From assembly GCA_951406725.2 (NCBI GenBank), contig OX597829.1, positions 16,182,001 through 16,246,000 of the forward strand: a stretch of DNA of 64,000 bases, written 5' to 3'. The DNA comes from Octopus vulgaris (Eukaryota). The notes beneath the pieces were generated by a model. That model saw nothing but the letters and a program-made list of their open reading frames with translations. It did no database searches and was not told where the DNA came from. The position numbers and the translations under genes are program-made. Below are positions 23,167-36,801 of this stretch, one piece after another. Within the stretch, counting starts at the first letter, position 1. Every line of letters starts with the position of its first letter.

Positions 23167-25637
23167 ATGTAGGCAGGTAAGTTTGTAGGTAGGGAGGTAG
23201 GTAGGTAGATATGTAGGTAGGTAGCAAGGTAGGTAAATAGATAGGTGTATGTATTTTAACGTAGTTAACAAAGCGTCAAATCTTTTATTTTCTTAGTTCT
23301 AATGAACTAACACTTTTTGACTGTATTTATTTTGATATATATATATATATATATATATATCTGCTCTATTTTCAGTTGGCATTTTGTTTATATTCTTTAT
23401 ATATATATATATATATATATATTTTTTTTCACACATGCACACACATAAACACATTCACACATGCACATGCACTGTGTTCACATCTGTTTTTTCCTATATT
23501 GGACACGCTACAATGGGGTGTGGTAGACGAAGGGCAGAATGTTTTGTTGAAGTGATTATGCATACAGCTGAATGCTTTCCCTATGTAATACCACTCAACA
23601 ATAAAACAAGAATGAAACTAGATTTTTTCCTTAAACTTGTTTCTGTATTTCTTTTAGTTTACTTGTTTCATTCATTGAACTGTGACCTTGCTGGGGCACT
23701 GCTTTGACCATGCTAGAGCACCGCCCTAGTGCTTATTTTTATCTTTAACTTGTTTCAGTGATTAGGCTGAGGCCATGCTGGGACACCAGCATGAAGTGTT
23801 TTTAACCAAACAAATCAATACTACTACTACTTAGTTTTGCCTTTTATTTTTTAATTGTTTTTAGTCCTTAGACTGTGGCCATGCTGGAGTACCACCTTAA
23901 AGGGTTTTAGTTGAAAAAAATTGTTTCAGTACTCAGTTTTCTCACATCATTTACTGTGGCCACACTGGGGCACTGCTTCACACACACACATGCTGTATGT
24001 GTATGTGTGTGTTTGTCCTCCACCAACGCTTAACAACCAGTGTTAGTTTGTTTATATCCCCATAACTTAGCAGTTTGGCATAAGCCTGCTGGTACATATT
24101 CTATGTACCAGGCTCTAAAACAAAAAAACAAAAATATTAATAATAATTACATACTAGGATCAGTTCATTCAGCTAAAACTCTACAAAGTAGTGCCCCAGC
24201 ATGGCCGCAATCGAACAAGCGAAACAAGTAAATACAAAAAGAGAAAAGATATTGTGTACTAATAGAAATAGAACCAACAGTCAAGTTTCGATGTCAATGA
24301 CCTTAAAAGATAGTAGGAATGCATTAATTCCTTTCTGTTAATAGTGAGGCATAATTTTGTATGAATGTGTACAAGGGAGGGCTCAAAAGAGAAGCATGCC
24401 AGAGAGAGAGGGGGGGAGAGAGAGAGAGAGAGAGAAGGAGAGAGGAAGGGAAAGAGAGACGGAGAAAGTGTTTGCATGGTAGAGAGAGAGGAAGAGAGAT
24501 GAGGAGAAAAGGTGGAGGAGCACCAGAGGGAGAAGAAAGATACAAGCAGGCTGGTTAGTATGTTAATGTGTGTTACTTGTGTAGTAAGAAGTACTGTGCC
24601 TTTATAGATCTGAGAGGAAGAGAGGGAGAGAGAGAGATGGAGTGTGTGTGTTTGTGTGTGTATGCGTGTGCCTGAGAGAGAAAAAAAGTGAGATGGAAAT
24701 ACTATATATATGAGAGTGAGGAGGGAGTTAATATTAACCCATATGAGAGAGAAAGGGTGAGATCTAGAAACTGCAAGATGTCTACTATGAATGTATCATA
24801 CATACATATACACACACAAACACGCGCGTGCACACACACACACACATACATGATGGCTTTCTTACAGTTTCTGTCAGCTAAATATGCTCACAAAGCTTTG
24901 GTGGGGGCCAGGGCTACTGTGGAACATACCTACCCAAAGTGCCATACATGATTCTGAACCCAGAGCCATGTAACTGGAAAGCAAACTTCTTACCACATGG
25001 CCACTTTTACACATGGAAACACATTGTGTTCTTGAGCAAAACACATCACTTTAGTCCAATCAATTGGCAAAAATTAGTAATCCCATAACAGACTGGCATC
25101 CCTATAGGCATTTAATCCTTTTGATATTCAAAACTTGGTCTTCAGATTCGTCTGTAACATATCTCTGCTGACCAGACTATGAAGAACGAATCAAAGATGA
25201 AAGGAATAAACCAAGCTTACCAAACATTACCGTATTATTATAGTGGAGACACCAATGCAGTAGAGATGATATTAGCAGCAGCTGTGGAAAGCAAGAGCTT
25301 GCATACTAAATACGTGAACCTCAACCCTCAATCGTCAATATCAATAAATAATAAATTGAAATCACATCTGTTGATGAACATGACAAATACCTTGTGAAAA
25401 TATTACAAATAGGTGGAGGTGGATAAAATACAGGAAAATGAAATTATATAACATATATATGTGAATATCATCATCATCATCATCATCATTTAGCATCCGT
25501 TTTCCATGCTAGCATGGGTTGGACGGTTCAACTGGGGTCTGTGAAGCCCAAAGGCTGCATCAGGCCCAGTTCGATCTGGCAGTGTTTCTACGGCTGGATG
25601 CCCTTCCTAATGCCATATATATATATAATTTATATAT

Positions 25638-25950
25638 GTGGAGGTGCAATGACCCAGTGGTTAGGGCAGCAGACTCACAGTCGTAGGATTGCAGTTTCGA
25701 TTCCCAGACTGGGCATTGTGAGTGTTTATTGAGCGAAAACACCTAAAGCTCCACAAAGCTCTGGCAGAGGGTGGTGGCGATCCCTGCTGTACACTTTCGC
25801 CACAACTTTCTTTCACTCTTTCTTCTGTTGGCCTGCTCACTTAGCCAGCAGGGTGGCATCATTTGAAGGCTAAAACAATGTGAAGCGCATTGTGACCAGC
25901 GATGTGTAGCAACATCTGATACCCTGGTCAGTCACGGTGATCACGGTGAT
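25638..25950 (+). mobile_element. SINE family C, full length
   Basis: A box TGACCCAGTGG and B box GTTTCGATTCCC. Flanking direct repeat ATATAATTTATATA. Confidence 0.9.
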
Positions 25951-26913
25951 ATAATTTATATAAGCACAAGCATGGCTGTGTGGTAAGGAGCTTGCTGGCC
26001 AGCCAGATGGCTTTGAGTTCAGTCCCACTGTGAGGCACCTTGGGCTAGAGTTATCTACTAAAGCCCTGGTACACCCAAAGCCTTATAAGTGGATCTGATA
26101 GATGAGAACCGAAAGGTGATTGTTAAATGTGTGTGTGTTTGTGTTTGTCCCCCATCACTACTTAACAATTGGTATTGTTTTGTATTGGTATTGCTATAAC
26201 TCAGCAGTTCAGCAAAATGAGACTGACTGAATAAATACCAGGCTTAAAAATTAGAACTGGAGTTTGATATGTTTGATTAAACCTTTCAAAGTGATATCAC
26301 AGCATGGTTGCAGTCCAATGACTGAAGCAAGTAAAAAGGTAAAAGATATAATTTTATTTATATATAAAGGGAGAGAGAGAGGGAGAAATATATATATGTA
26401 TATATACATATATATATATCGTAGGATCATGGTTTCATTTCCCAGACCAGGCGTTGTGAGTGTTTATTGAGCGAAAACACCTAAAGCTCCAAGAGGCTCC
26501 GGCAGTGGGTGGTGACGATCCCTGCTTTACTCTTTCACCACAACTTTCTCTCACTCTTTCTTCTGTTGGCCTGCTCGCTTAGCCAGCGGGGTGGCATCAT
26601 TTGAAGGCTAAAACAATGCAAAGTGGATTGTGACCAGCGATGTGTAGCAACATTTGATAGCCTGATCAGTCATGGTGATGGTGACATATGTATACACATG
26701 TGTGTGAGGAGGAGGAGACTGTTAAAGTAGTGTTAAACATACAATGCTTGAATGGAGGCTGTGATGGTCACAGATGGAAAACTGTTGTAATTATAGACAT
26801 GTTTTAGTTGTATCAGTTATGCCATTGCAATGCCACCAGCCATTACAAAGTTGGCTTTCTCTACAACCATAAACCAAAAAACCCTTTTGAATTAATGCTG
26901 GGGTATCTATACT

Positions 26914-27149
26914 TATTTCTTTATTGCCCACAGGGGGCTAAACACAGAGAGGACAAACAAGGACAGACAGACGGGTTAAGTCGATTATATCGACCCCAGT
27001 GCGTAACTGGTACTTATTTAATCGACCCCGAAAGGATGAAAGGCAAAGTTGACCTCGGCGGAATTTGAACTCAGAACGTAGCGGAGAGACGAAATACCAC
27101 TAAGCATTTCGCCCGGCGCGCTAACGGTTCTGCCAGCTCATCGCCTTCA
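26914..27149 (-). mobile_element. SINE family B
   Basis: 11-bp TSD GTATCTATACT (26903-26913, 27150-27160). Confidence 0.9.
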
Positions 27150-27594
27150 GTATCTATACTGTTACCTAAACTGCTAGAATAAACCAAATCTTCCTCAAAA
27201 AACACCTTGCTAACTTCTATTTAGCAAAAACATATACATGTGGATGTGCAAGAGAGAAAATATGTGGATTTCATAGACAGCAAGAGAAAAAAAGGGTCAA
27301 GTGCAGGCATAGCTATGTGGTAAGATGTTTGGTTCTCAACCTCATGGTTCTGTGTTCATTCCTACAGAGTGAACCCTTGGGTAAGTGTCTTCTAATACAG
27401 CCCTGAACTCACCATACTCTTGTGAGTGGATCTGGTGGATGGAAACTAAAAGAAGCCCATTGTATATATATACCAGTTTGAGTCAAAATTTCTCCAGTCT
27501 TTCACTGATGATTTTTGGCAATTTATATCTCCATGTTATATCATTAATTTGATACAGCTTGCTAACTAATCATGGTTGAATTGTTTATTCTTTA

Positions 27595-27964
27595 CTAGCA
27601 CTATGACCTGGCGTTGCCGGGTCATAGTGCTAGTGCATGCATATACAGCTGCGTGCATGCGCACATACACGCGAGTACTGTCCAAATCTCCGACCAATCA
27701 CATACAGCTAGCTGGCATTCAATTGGCGTATCAAGTTTCGGGCATTTTGATTGGGTTTTGGATAGAAAATTCACAAAAAAGTCACTTCTATTGATTTTTT
27801 AATGGCTTTGCGGGGTGACTGGGGAAATGTAAAGATGTACACGACCACCCTTGGACAGTTTTGAATGACCATAGAAAGTGCGAGCCCTCTAACTGAAAAA
27901 TTGTGGATTTGTATAAAGGACATGCACACATACACACGCATTTTGCCATTTATATATAGAGAGA
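27595..27964 (-). mobile_element. non-autonomous Helitron, family H1 copy 2
   Basis: TC...hairpin-CTAG on minus, A|T site. Confidence 0.85.
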
Positions 27965-28795
27965 TTTTCGTGTGTAACATATAAACATTAACTGTTTACC
28001 ACAAAACAATATATGACCTCAGGGTTGTATGGATGATCTGAAAAAACAGCACTCTCCCCACCACCTAGTCTATTTTCATATCCCATGATTAGGCCTCATT
28101 GCAATAAGGCAGGAGATTTGTATTATCTAAGAATTTTATTGCATGAAATTCAAAATTGTATATTTTCTTTTCCTGCTGTACATCAACCTTTTCAGCTTGA
28201 AGTGGTTGTGACCCGATGGGTCATGGCAAGTATGTCTAGTGATCCTCTAAGTTGCCTTGGTTCTCTCTCTAGATTTTGGATTCTGTCACTTTCTATCTAT
28301 CTCCATTCGCAACATATTCTGTCTATATTTTATGTATACATACAAGTAGCTGTCTTCATAGTTCATCATATACCAATCTCTATACACATATATACACAAA
28401 CTTCATCTGAGACTCATTTTTGTATGGAAGGGATAATAGACTATTTGTCCCTTTCGCTACAATCCTCACTAACTTTTCACCATCTTTCAAAACTTATTAG
28501 CTGCTATTACTTTCATCTGTTCATGGTGTTTCTTGAGCTTTTCCTGTTACAGAGTACAAGTGTTGCAAGCACTTATCATGGTGCCACTTGAATCTCCCTA
28601 AAGTAAGTGCTACTTGCACCCTGATCAGGATACATGTCTTTTTTGTTTGTCCCTTACCACTGTTTGATAACCAGTGTTGGTTTGTTTATGGCCCCATGAT
28701 AAAGGCATTTCAGCAAAACTGATTGATAGAATAAGTGTCAGGCTTAAAAAGATAATAAGCACTGGGATTGATTCATTTGATCAAAACCCTTCAAG

Positions 28796-29170
28796 GCATC
28801 ATCATCATTGTTCGAGACAATGGAATTTACTATGTTACGCCAGACTTCACGGTCCATCATAGCATTATGGAGGTCCTGTCGCTGGATGCCTGTATACCTG
28901 GAGATTACATCAGGGTAGGAGAGTGTGCGCCCTCTGGTATTGCAAGCAGATGGCTTCCAGAGGAGAAGAGTAGAAATTACCTCGTTTTTAGCTCTACAAC
29001 AATGTCCAGCAAACTGGACTCTTCTACCTTTCACAAGAGATGATACAGGTGGTAATTTCCCATATATTTGTACTTTGGTTGGATGACGCTTCCACGAGAG
29101 ATTCTGAGCTCTCATAAGGAGGCGAGTGCAAGTTCCAGCCATCCATCTCTGAAGCTTCTTTGATAACGTC
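28796..29170 (-). mobile_element. RTE-clade LINE 3' fragment inserted in a SINE A remnant
   Basis: LSWKRHPT..YGKLPPVSSLVKGRRVQFAGHCCR..LLLWKP..DREVWR, with a (GAT)n tail. Confidence 0.85.
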
Positions 29171-30268
29171 GGCCACAGATCAATTACTGAAACAAGATAA
29201 AAGACAAAAATAAGTACTAGAGCTGATCTGTTTGACTAAAACCCTTCAGTGTGGTGGTGCCTCAGCAGTGGCACAGACCTATGGTTGAAACAAGTCAAAA
29301 TACTGAAGTTAAGTACTGGTGTTGCTTTCTTAGACTAAAACCCTTCAGGGCAATGCCCCTGCATGGCCGCAGTCCAATGACTGAAAAAGTAAAAGATAAA
29401 AAAGATAATATTTGGTTTGATGTTTCTGATGTCCATTTAGTGTTTCTTCCTTAGCTGCGATGCAAGTCGAGCTATTGTGTTTCATCGTGATAATGTTTCA
29501 TATTGGAAAGAGACTGCTTGATAAATGGCATATGCTCCAACATGACATTTAATGAGCTGCAGCTGTTTTGAAGGCGAGTTGCTGAGGTGACAGTATCAGC
29601 GATTGGTTATGTGAATGTGAATCTGTTATTTTCTTGAATAATAATTGCGTAGACCATATGTAAGAGTGAGTTGTGGATTATTGTAATAGAATGCGCTGCT
29701 ATGTGCAGAAAACAACTGCAATAATAATAAGGAAGAGGAGGAGGAGGAGAACGATTTCAAATTTTGGCACAAGGCCAGCAATTTTGGGGGAAGAGCAAGT
29801 CAATTACATTGACCCCCTGGATTCAACTAGTAGTTATTCTATTGATCCCTAAAGGAAGAAAGGTAAAGTCAACCTCGGTGAAATTTGACCTCAGAACTCT
29901 TCCCAGTTAACCTTCCTTTGATATTGCTGCACCTTTTATGTGTCCATAGATTACACCAGGTACATCGTATGGAGTTTCTACCCAAGTCTTTTCTACAAAT
30001 TGAGCAGGGCCATCTATCTGAGGGGGGGTTGAGATTTGTTAGCCTCCCTATTTTCTAAGACTTACACAGACACACACACACATATATATATATAACATTA
30101 CTCTTTTATGTACACTTTTTTATGTATACTCCTTTATGTACACTGTTTTGCTCTACTTTTTTATGTTTAACCCTATAGTTTCTTATGTGGTGGTTTAATA
30201 AAGTTTGTGATTGAGTATTATCTGGTAATTGATATTTGATTTAGATGTATTTCTCCATTTTCTTATTT

Positions 30269-30317
<49 letters not shown>

Positions 30318-30827
30318 CCTTTGAGTGGTCAGACCTGACCTGGGGCTAAACAAGCACCAAGAACTACAGCAATAACAACAGCAGCAACAATTCAAATAAA
30401 GAATATTCTATTTTGCATACAACAGATTTGTCTTCTTACAAGCAACCTAACTTTCCCAATTAAGGACAACATTCTAAACACTTTAGCAATTGGTTTTTCC
30501 ATTTTTTTCAGTAAACAGCATAAATAAATATTACTTAATAGGATTTCGTTAAAAATCAATTTAAAAAAGATTGTTTTTATTTATTTCATAGTATTTTTGT
30601 CTTTATTAGTGCAATTTACTATGCTTAAGAAAACCTGCTTAGCTAAGTTAAAATTGAGGCCATCAATGTCATGTCCACACCTACTGCAAACAATTTGTCC
30701 CTGAGAAATTTCTCTCCCCAACAAACCCACCTTCCTAACATCTATCTCTCTTCCCCCCACCCATATTCACCACTTGCTGCACTCTTCTTTCCATCCCCCA
30801 TTCTCTCTTTGCATCCTTGCAAACCTA

Positions 30828-31054
30828 TTTCTTTACTACCCACAAGGGTAGTACCAGAGGGGACAAACAAGGACAGACAAACAGATTAAATCGATTATAT
30901 TGACACCAGTACGTAACTGGTACTTAATTTATCGACCCCGAAAGGATGAAAGGCAAAGTTGACCTCGGCGGAATTTGAACCCAGAACGTAGCGGCAGACG
31001 AAATACAGCTACGCATTTCGCCTGGTGTGTTAACGTTTCTGCCAGCTCGCCATC
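30828..31054 (-). mobile_element. SINE family B nested in an old RTE 3' UTR
   Basis: 19-bp direct repeat TTGCATCCTTGCAAACCTA (30809-30827, 31055-31073). Confidence 0.9.
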
Positions 31055-32101
31055 TTGCATCCTTGCAAACCTACCAGCACATTATTTGTCCCCTTTTTTT
31101 ATCTCTTCCACACAACATGACCTCCAAACACCTCCTCTCTCTATTTGTGTCCACTCACTTCATTCCTCCTCTCCTCCACCTCCCACTCGCCTTCCACAGT
31201 CTCACAAACTCACCCACCCACTCGTCCAATCCCATCCCTGGTTCTGCTTCACTTATATACACCTCCCTCTAACTTGAGTGTAGCCCTGTCACATCTTCAC
31301 CATCTTCCTTCTCTCTCTCTTTTTCCAGCTGGAGTACCCCTCTACAGCAAGACACCTATTTCTGTCCCACTATTTATATTCTAACTACTCATCCATCATC
31401 TGGCACAAAGTATCCTTCCTCACTACTACTACTACTACTACTATTACTACCTCACACACTACACACACCTCAGTTGAGCGGTCTTGTCATGCAAGTTAGT
31501 TGGTGACCTCACTGATGCTGGTGCCATGTAAAAAGCATCCAGTGCACTCGGTAAAGTGGTTGGCATTAGAAAGGGCATCAAGATGTAGGAACCAATGCCA
31601 ATACAGACAATAGAGCTTGGCACAGTCTTCTGACATGACAGTTCTTGTCAAACTGTCCAAACCCTGCCAACATGTGAAGCAGATGTTAAATGATGATGAT
31701 GATGATGATAATGGTATGTTTTTTCAGAAATCAAAACAAAAAAAAATATCTAAGTAAAAGAGAAAAAAAGATTGAATGAGAAACAACCGGAGAAGTTCAT
31801 TCGCAGACATGTATATGTTTATATATGTGTGTGTATGTTTATACAAACACACACATCTCAAAAATAGACTCTCCTCATTATACTGTTTCTTTCTATTCAG
31901 ATGCTACCAGAAATTCAAATCTGTTGATGTATTAGTATTTTTCATTTTAGATTGGACTATACCAATTGTTTTTAGTCTTGCTACAAACACCAGAAGCAAA
32001 AGAGTTGTCTGATTTTCCGAGGGTGAATCTGAGGGTGGGGGCTTAGCTTGTGTAAGACTGCACAAAACCTTGGGATTCTTCTTGCCTACAGTCAACAAAA
32101 T

Positions 32102-32206
32102 GATTGTATAATTCACCAGCAAAAGAAAGGAATCAACAGCACTCTGTTCAGGGTTGACAGATGTGTTCAGGCTCTCAAGTGGTTTCTTGAGGATAATCCT
32201 TATTAT
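32102..32206 (+). mobile_element. possible Helitron/Helentron protein remnant
   Basis: Reads FRVDRCVQALKWFLEDNPYY, resembling the FRVRR..V..AL.WL...NPYY motif upstream of Helitron Rep domains (recalled, not searched). Confidence 0.4.
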
Positions 32207-32622
32207 ATAAGGCAGCTGATGATGTAGAGCAATTCCATATGAGTTGGAGTACTTCTGGGGGGTATCTCCATCAACTTGGCTACCATTATAGAGCAGTTAG
32301 AAAGAAACCTTATCTTTGACCATCAAACAGCCAAAGAAGAAAGGAGAGAAAATAAGACAATAGTGTCTGTATACTTTACAGACATTTGTTTGCATATATA
32401 TATAAATATATATATATGGCCACTGCCAGCCTCCCCTATCACATAAAAAGCACCCACTACAATCATGGAGTGGTTGGCGTTAGGAAGGGCATCCAGCTGT
32501 AGAAACACTGCCAGGTCAGACTGGAGCCTGGTGCAGCCTCCTGGCTTCCCAAACCCCGGTCGAACCGTCCAACCCATGCTAGCATGGAAAACGGACGTTA
32601 AACAACAATGATGATGATGATG

Positions 32623-32623
<1 letters not shown>

Positions 32624-32715
<92 letters not shown>
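32624..32715. repeat. (TA)n microsatellite
   Basis: Directly visible. Another long tract at about 50387-50460. Confidence 0.98.
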
Positions 32716-32719
<4 letters not shown>

Positions 32720-33488
32720 AGGTGAGGCTATATGCACAGGTGTGGATAGGCACAAACATAGGTATGCGGTTGAAGAGCTAGCTTCTCAGCCATGTGGTTT
32801 CAGGTTCAACACCTTGAGCAATTATCTTATATAACCATGAGATGATTAGAGCCGGGTGTGTGCATTTGATAGACAGAAAGTGAAAGAATCCTGCTGTATA
32901 TATAAATATATATGTAAATGTATGTATGTATGCATGTATGTACGTGTGAATGTATGTATCACTGTATCCACCATACTATTGGATGTTGTTATATACTGCT
33001 GGTCACACCGCATTTTGTATCGTTTTAGATTTTGAATGGTGCCACAACACTGCTGCATACAAGCCGGTTAGATTTTATATATGTATGTATACACATATAT
33101 ACACACAAACATATTCATGTGTGTGTGTGCATGTGTGTAGTATATTGGGTGCGTACAATTAGATGACTGACTGCTATGGTTAAATATAGAGCTACACAGA
33201 TCATCATCATCCGGTCTGCTTCCAGTAAAGTGGTTAAGCTACTACTATACTTGGTAGTATTACTAGTTGTGATATAAGGAACAAATATAAGATAAATTAC
33301 GATAATCACAAGTTTATATCATTTCTTGTCTAAATCCGTTTCACCAACGTTGCTGTTTGGAACTCTAAATTAGATGTTCAAAGTGCAATTGGATGCTTTA
33401 ACAACAGCGGATCATCAGGGATCACTTTATTGCATTATATTACAAAGAACTAATGTTCGGAGCCGCATAGACGGTGAAACAGTTTATT

Positions 33489-33529
<41 letters not shown>

Positions 33530-33555
33530 ATTATTATAATTATTATTATTATTAA

Positions 33556-34088
33556 GTGAGAGAGCAGTGCATGCCATCAAAGTGACACCAGGATAAAATA
33601 TATGAAGCCCCAGTATACCCATCATGACTACCCGTCTGATAAGGGTACACCAGGAACATGCATCACAACCATATGTGCGCGACATGGTGACCTCATATCA
33701 AGATAAACAGCACATGACCTTGCAGGTGGGGCCCAGTTAGAATTTTCTTCTGGCCAAGTAACCCATCCCGCTCAAAAGGTCCCTGAATAAGGGTTGTTTA
33801 AGGATATTGAACTAAACACCCATATTTCCAGAGGTGAATTATTCAAACCCCAAAGAGTCCCTTTCAACACATGGCTCGTGATCAGAGATGCACATATCAT
33901 CAGCCACTAAGGGACATGCTCAACTCGTTAAGAGTCAAACAACTGACAAGCAAATCTGTGGTATTGAGCAGAATATTTGCTGTAGCCCATCTTTTATACC
34001 AAGACAAAACAATGTACATGATATCACTTCCAATCAGTTAAAATCAGAAGCCATGAGAGCCACTGCCTGGTACTGCATCAGGGCATTT
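33556..34088. mobile_element. unclassified non-coding insertion bracketed by (ATT)n
   Basis: Sharp change to mixed composition between two ATT tracts. Single copy in this window, no ORF. Confidence 0.4.
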
Positions 34089-34772
34089 ATAATTTATTAT
34101 TTATCATTATTATTATTATTATTTTAGTGTCCTTTGTCTGAAGTCTTTTTGTCACACAACCTATGATCTCTTCAATGACTCTGGACAGAACAGGAGGAGA
34201 CGTGTGGTGGAGAGTCACAGAAGAAGTCACAAGATGTGTCATGAAATGTTTCAAACAAAGGACTCTAAAATAAGAATAATGATAAAGCTGAAGTGAAGAA
34301 CATTTTATAAGTATTTTATGATAGAAAATTAGAAAGAAAGCTAAGGGCAGAGAAAGATAATGGAGGGTGAAGAAGTAAGAGAAAGAGAGAGAGGGAATGA
34401 AAAAGACAAAAAAGAGAAGGAAGAGAGAGAGGTGGGGAGAGAGAGGTGAGGAGAGAAAGAAACAAGACAAGATTGTAATTAAAGAAAGGAGAGAAAGGGA
34501 ACACTAAACAGGACAACTATATAAAAGAGAAAAAGATATTTAAACAAAAATAAAAAGAAAAATGAATAAATAGAGAAAGAAAGAAAAAGAAAACATGTTA
34601 AAATGAGGGATGGAGGGTGTTGTAAGAAATTTTGGAAAAAGGGAGTGTTTTCAAATGGTCACCATATTAAAACATCTGCTGAAACCCATAAAAATTTGGA
34701 AATAAATATAAAAATAAATATACAAAAGATAAAATGCTATGTTAGTGAATAGGCAATGGAATGGCTGTGTGG

Positions 34773-34946
34773 AGGCATAGGAGTGGCTGTGTGGTAAGTA
34801 CCTTGCTTATGAACCACATGGTTCTGGGTTCAGTCCCACTGCATTGCACCTTGGGCAAGTGTCTTCTGCTATAGCTTAGGGCTGACCAAAGCCTTGTAAG
34901 TGGATTTGGTAGACAGAAACTGAAAGAAGCCCGTTGTATATATGTT

Positions 34947-34977
<31 letters not shown>

Positions 34978-35192
34978 TGTGTGTATATGCTTGTGTCTGT
35001 GTTTATCCCCCAACATCGCTTGACAACCGATGATGGTGTGTTTATGTCCTAGCAGTTCGGCAAAAGGGACTGACAGATTAAGTACTAGGCTTACATAGAC
35101 TAAGTCCTGGGGATGATTTGCTCGACTAAAGGCGGTGCCCAGCATGGCCACAGTCAAATGACTGAAACAAGTAAAAGAGTAAAGAGTAAAAG
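34773..35192 (+). mobile_element. young SINE A inserted into the head of an older SINE A (34751-35535)
   Basis: The old head ...ATGGCTGTGTGG is interrupted and its body resumes after the young tail at about 35197. Confidence 0.8.
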
Positions 35193-35699
35193 AGGTGCAA
35201 GATGTTTGCTAACCAACCACATCGTTCTGGGTTCAGTCCCACTGTGTGGCACCTTCAGCACCAAAGCCTTGTGAATGAATCTAGTAGACAAAAGCTGAAA
35301 AAGTCTACCAAATGTATTTGTGTGTGTCCACGCGCATGTGTCTGTTTGTCCCTCACCACCACTTGACAACCAATGTTGGTGTGTTTATGCACCGGTAACT
35401 TTGTGATTTGGTAAAAGAGACTGACAGAACAAGTACCAAACTTAAAATAGGTACTGGGGTCAATTTATTTGGCTAAAAGTTCTTCAAGGTGGTACCCTAC
35501 TATAGCCGTAATCTAATAACTGAAACATGTAAAAAATATATATATATATATACACATACACACATACACACACACACACAAGCAGACCTTTGCGCACACA
35601 CATATCCACACTTACACACACATACCTCCTCTTGCACTCTCCTGTCTTTGAAAGAACTTTTCTTCACCTATTTCTTTCCGGTCATTCAAAATGTCACTG

Positions 35700-35898
35700 C
35701 GTGTGTACCGTTGGCGATTTTTTTTCCTCTGTCTTCCCTTCTCTAGATCTTTCCTTCTCCAATGTTTCCGACAAAGAGCTCCGCTCGAAACGTTAAACCC
35801 TTCTTCTTTCCTTCTTTCCTGAGCGTCCAATAATACTATATTTGTTCCACGTCCTCACGTTGTTGTGTATTTTTGTGCTTTCTTGTTTGGATTAACTT
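35700..35898 (+). mobile_element. Penelope-type repeat (family G2) with hammerhead-like motif
   Basis: GTTT CCGACAA A GAGC tcc GCTC GAAA cg TT AAAC at 35764-35798. Ends in (TA)n. Decayed relatives at 43078-43170 (+) and 46295-46456 (-). Confidence 0.65.
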
Positions 35899-36236
35899 TA
35901 TATATATATATATATATATATATGAAGGATGCTGTGACAACAATAGAGGTTCTTTACTCCTAGTGGTTTTACAGTATACCATGACACCAATCAAGGGTAT
36001 TTCTATGTCCCCATGCTCAAACAGATTGTCATCACCTATGCTAGTTAACCCATACCTGGGACCCAGACAGTTACAACTACGCAGGCTCAGAGTGGACCTC
36101 GGAACTATAGTGGCTAAGAAGTCGTTCCACACTCCTTAAAGTCCTGAAATTCGTGAACCAGAGCCCCACAACCAGATGAAGTTTGGTCACACCAACAACA
36201 ATACATGTGCAAAGAAGCGAAAAAGCACAGAAGTAT

Positions 36237-36276
<40 letters not shown>

Positions 36277-36435
36277 GCATCTTTGTTTTTATTTATAAAT
36301 GCATATCTTTTATCTTTTATTTATTTCAGTCATCAGACTGTGGTCATGCTGGGGCACAGCTTTGAAGAATTTTAGTTGAATGAAGTGATACCAGTACTTT
36401 CCTTTTTCTTTTTTTTTTTTGCTTTTTAAGCCTGA

Positions 36436-36801
36436 CTAGCACTATGACCCGGCAACACCAGGTCATAGTGCTAGTGCATGCATATACAGCTGCGTGCATG
36501 CACACATACACGTGAGTACAGTCCAAATCTCAGACCAATCACATACAGCTAGCTGGCATTCAATTGGCGTATCAAGTTTCGGGCATTTTGATTGGGTCTT
36601 CGATAGAAAATTCTCAAAAAACGTCACTTCTATTGATTTTTTAATGCCTTTGCGGGGTGACTGGGGAAATGTAAAGATGTGCACAACCACCATTGGACGG
36701 TTTTGAATGACCATAGAAAGTCCGAGCCCTCTAACTGAAAAAATTGTGGATTTGTATAAAGGACATGCACACAGACATTTTGCCGTTTATATATAGAGAG
36801 A
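36436..36801 (-). mobile_element. non-autonomous Helitron, family H1 copy 3, nested in SINE A
   Basis: Removing it restores AAGCCTGA|TATATATTC, matching the SINE A segment AAGCCTAGTACTTATTC. Confidence 0.88.

Noticed and set aside
28545-28640. Minus-strand GRFKWHHDKCL, like an RLE-LINE zinc-knuckle/RHD region
   Set aside because: Short and frameshifted, with no supporting downstream motifs.
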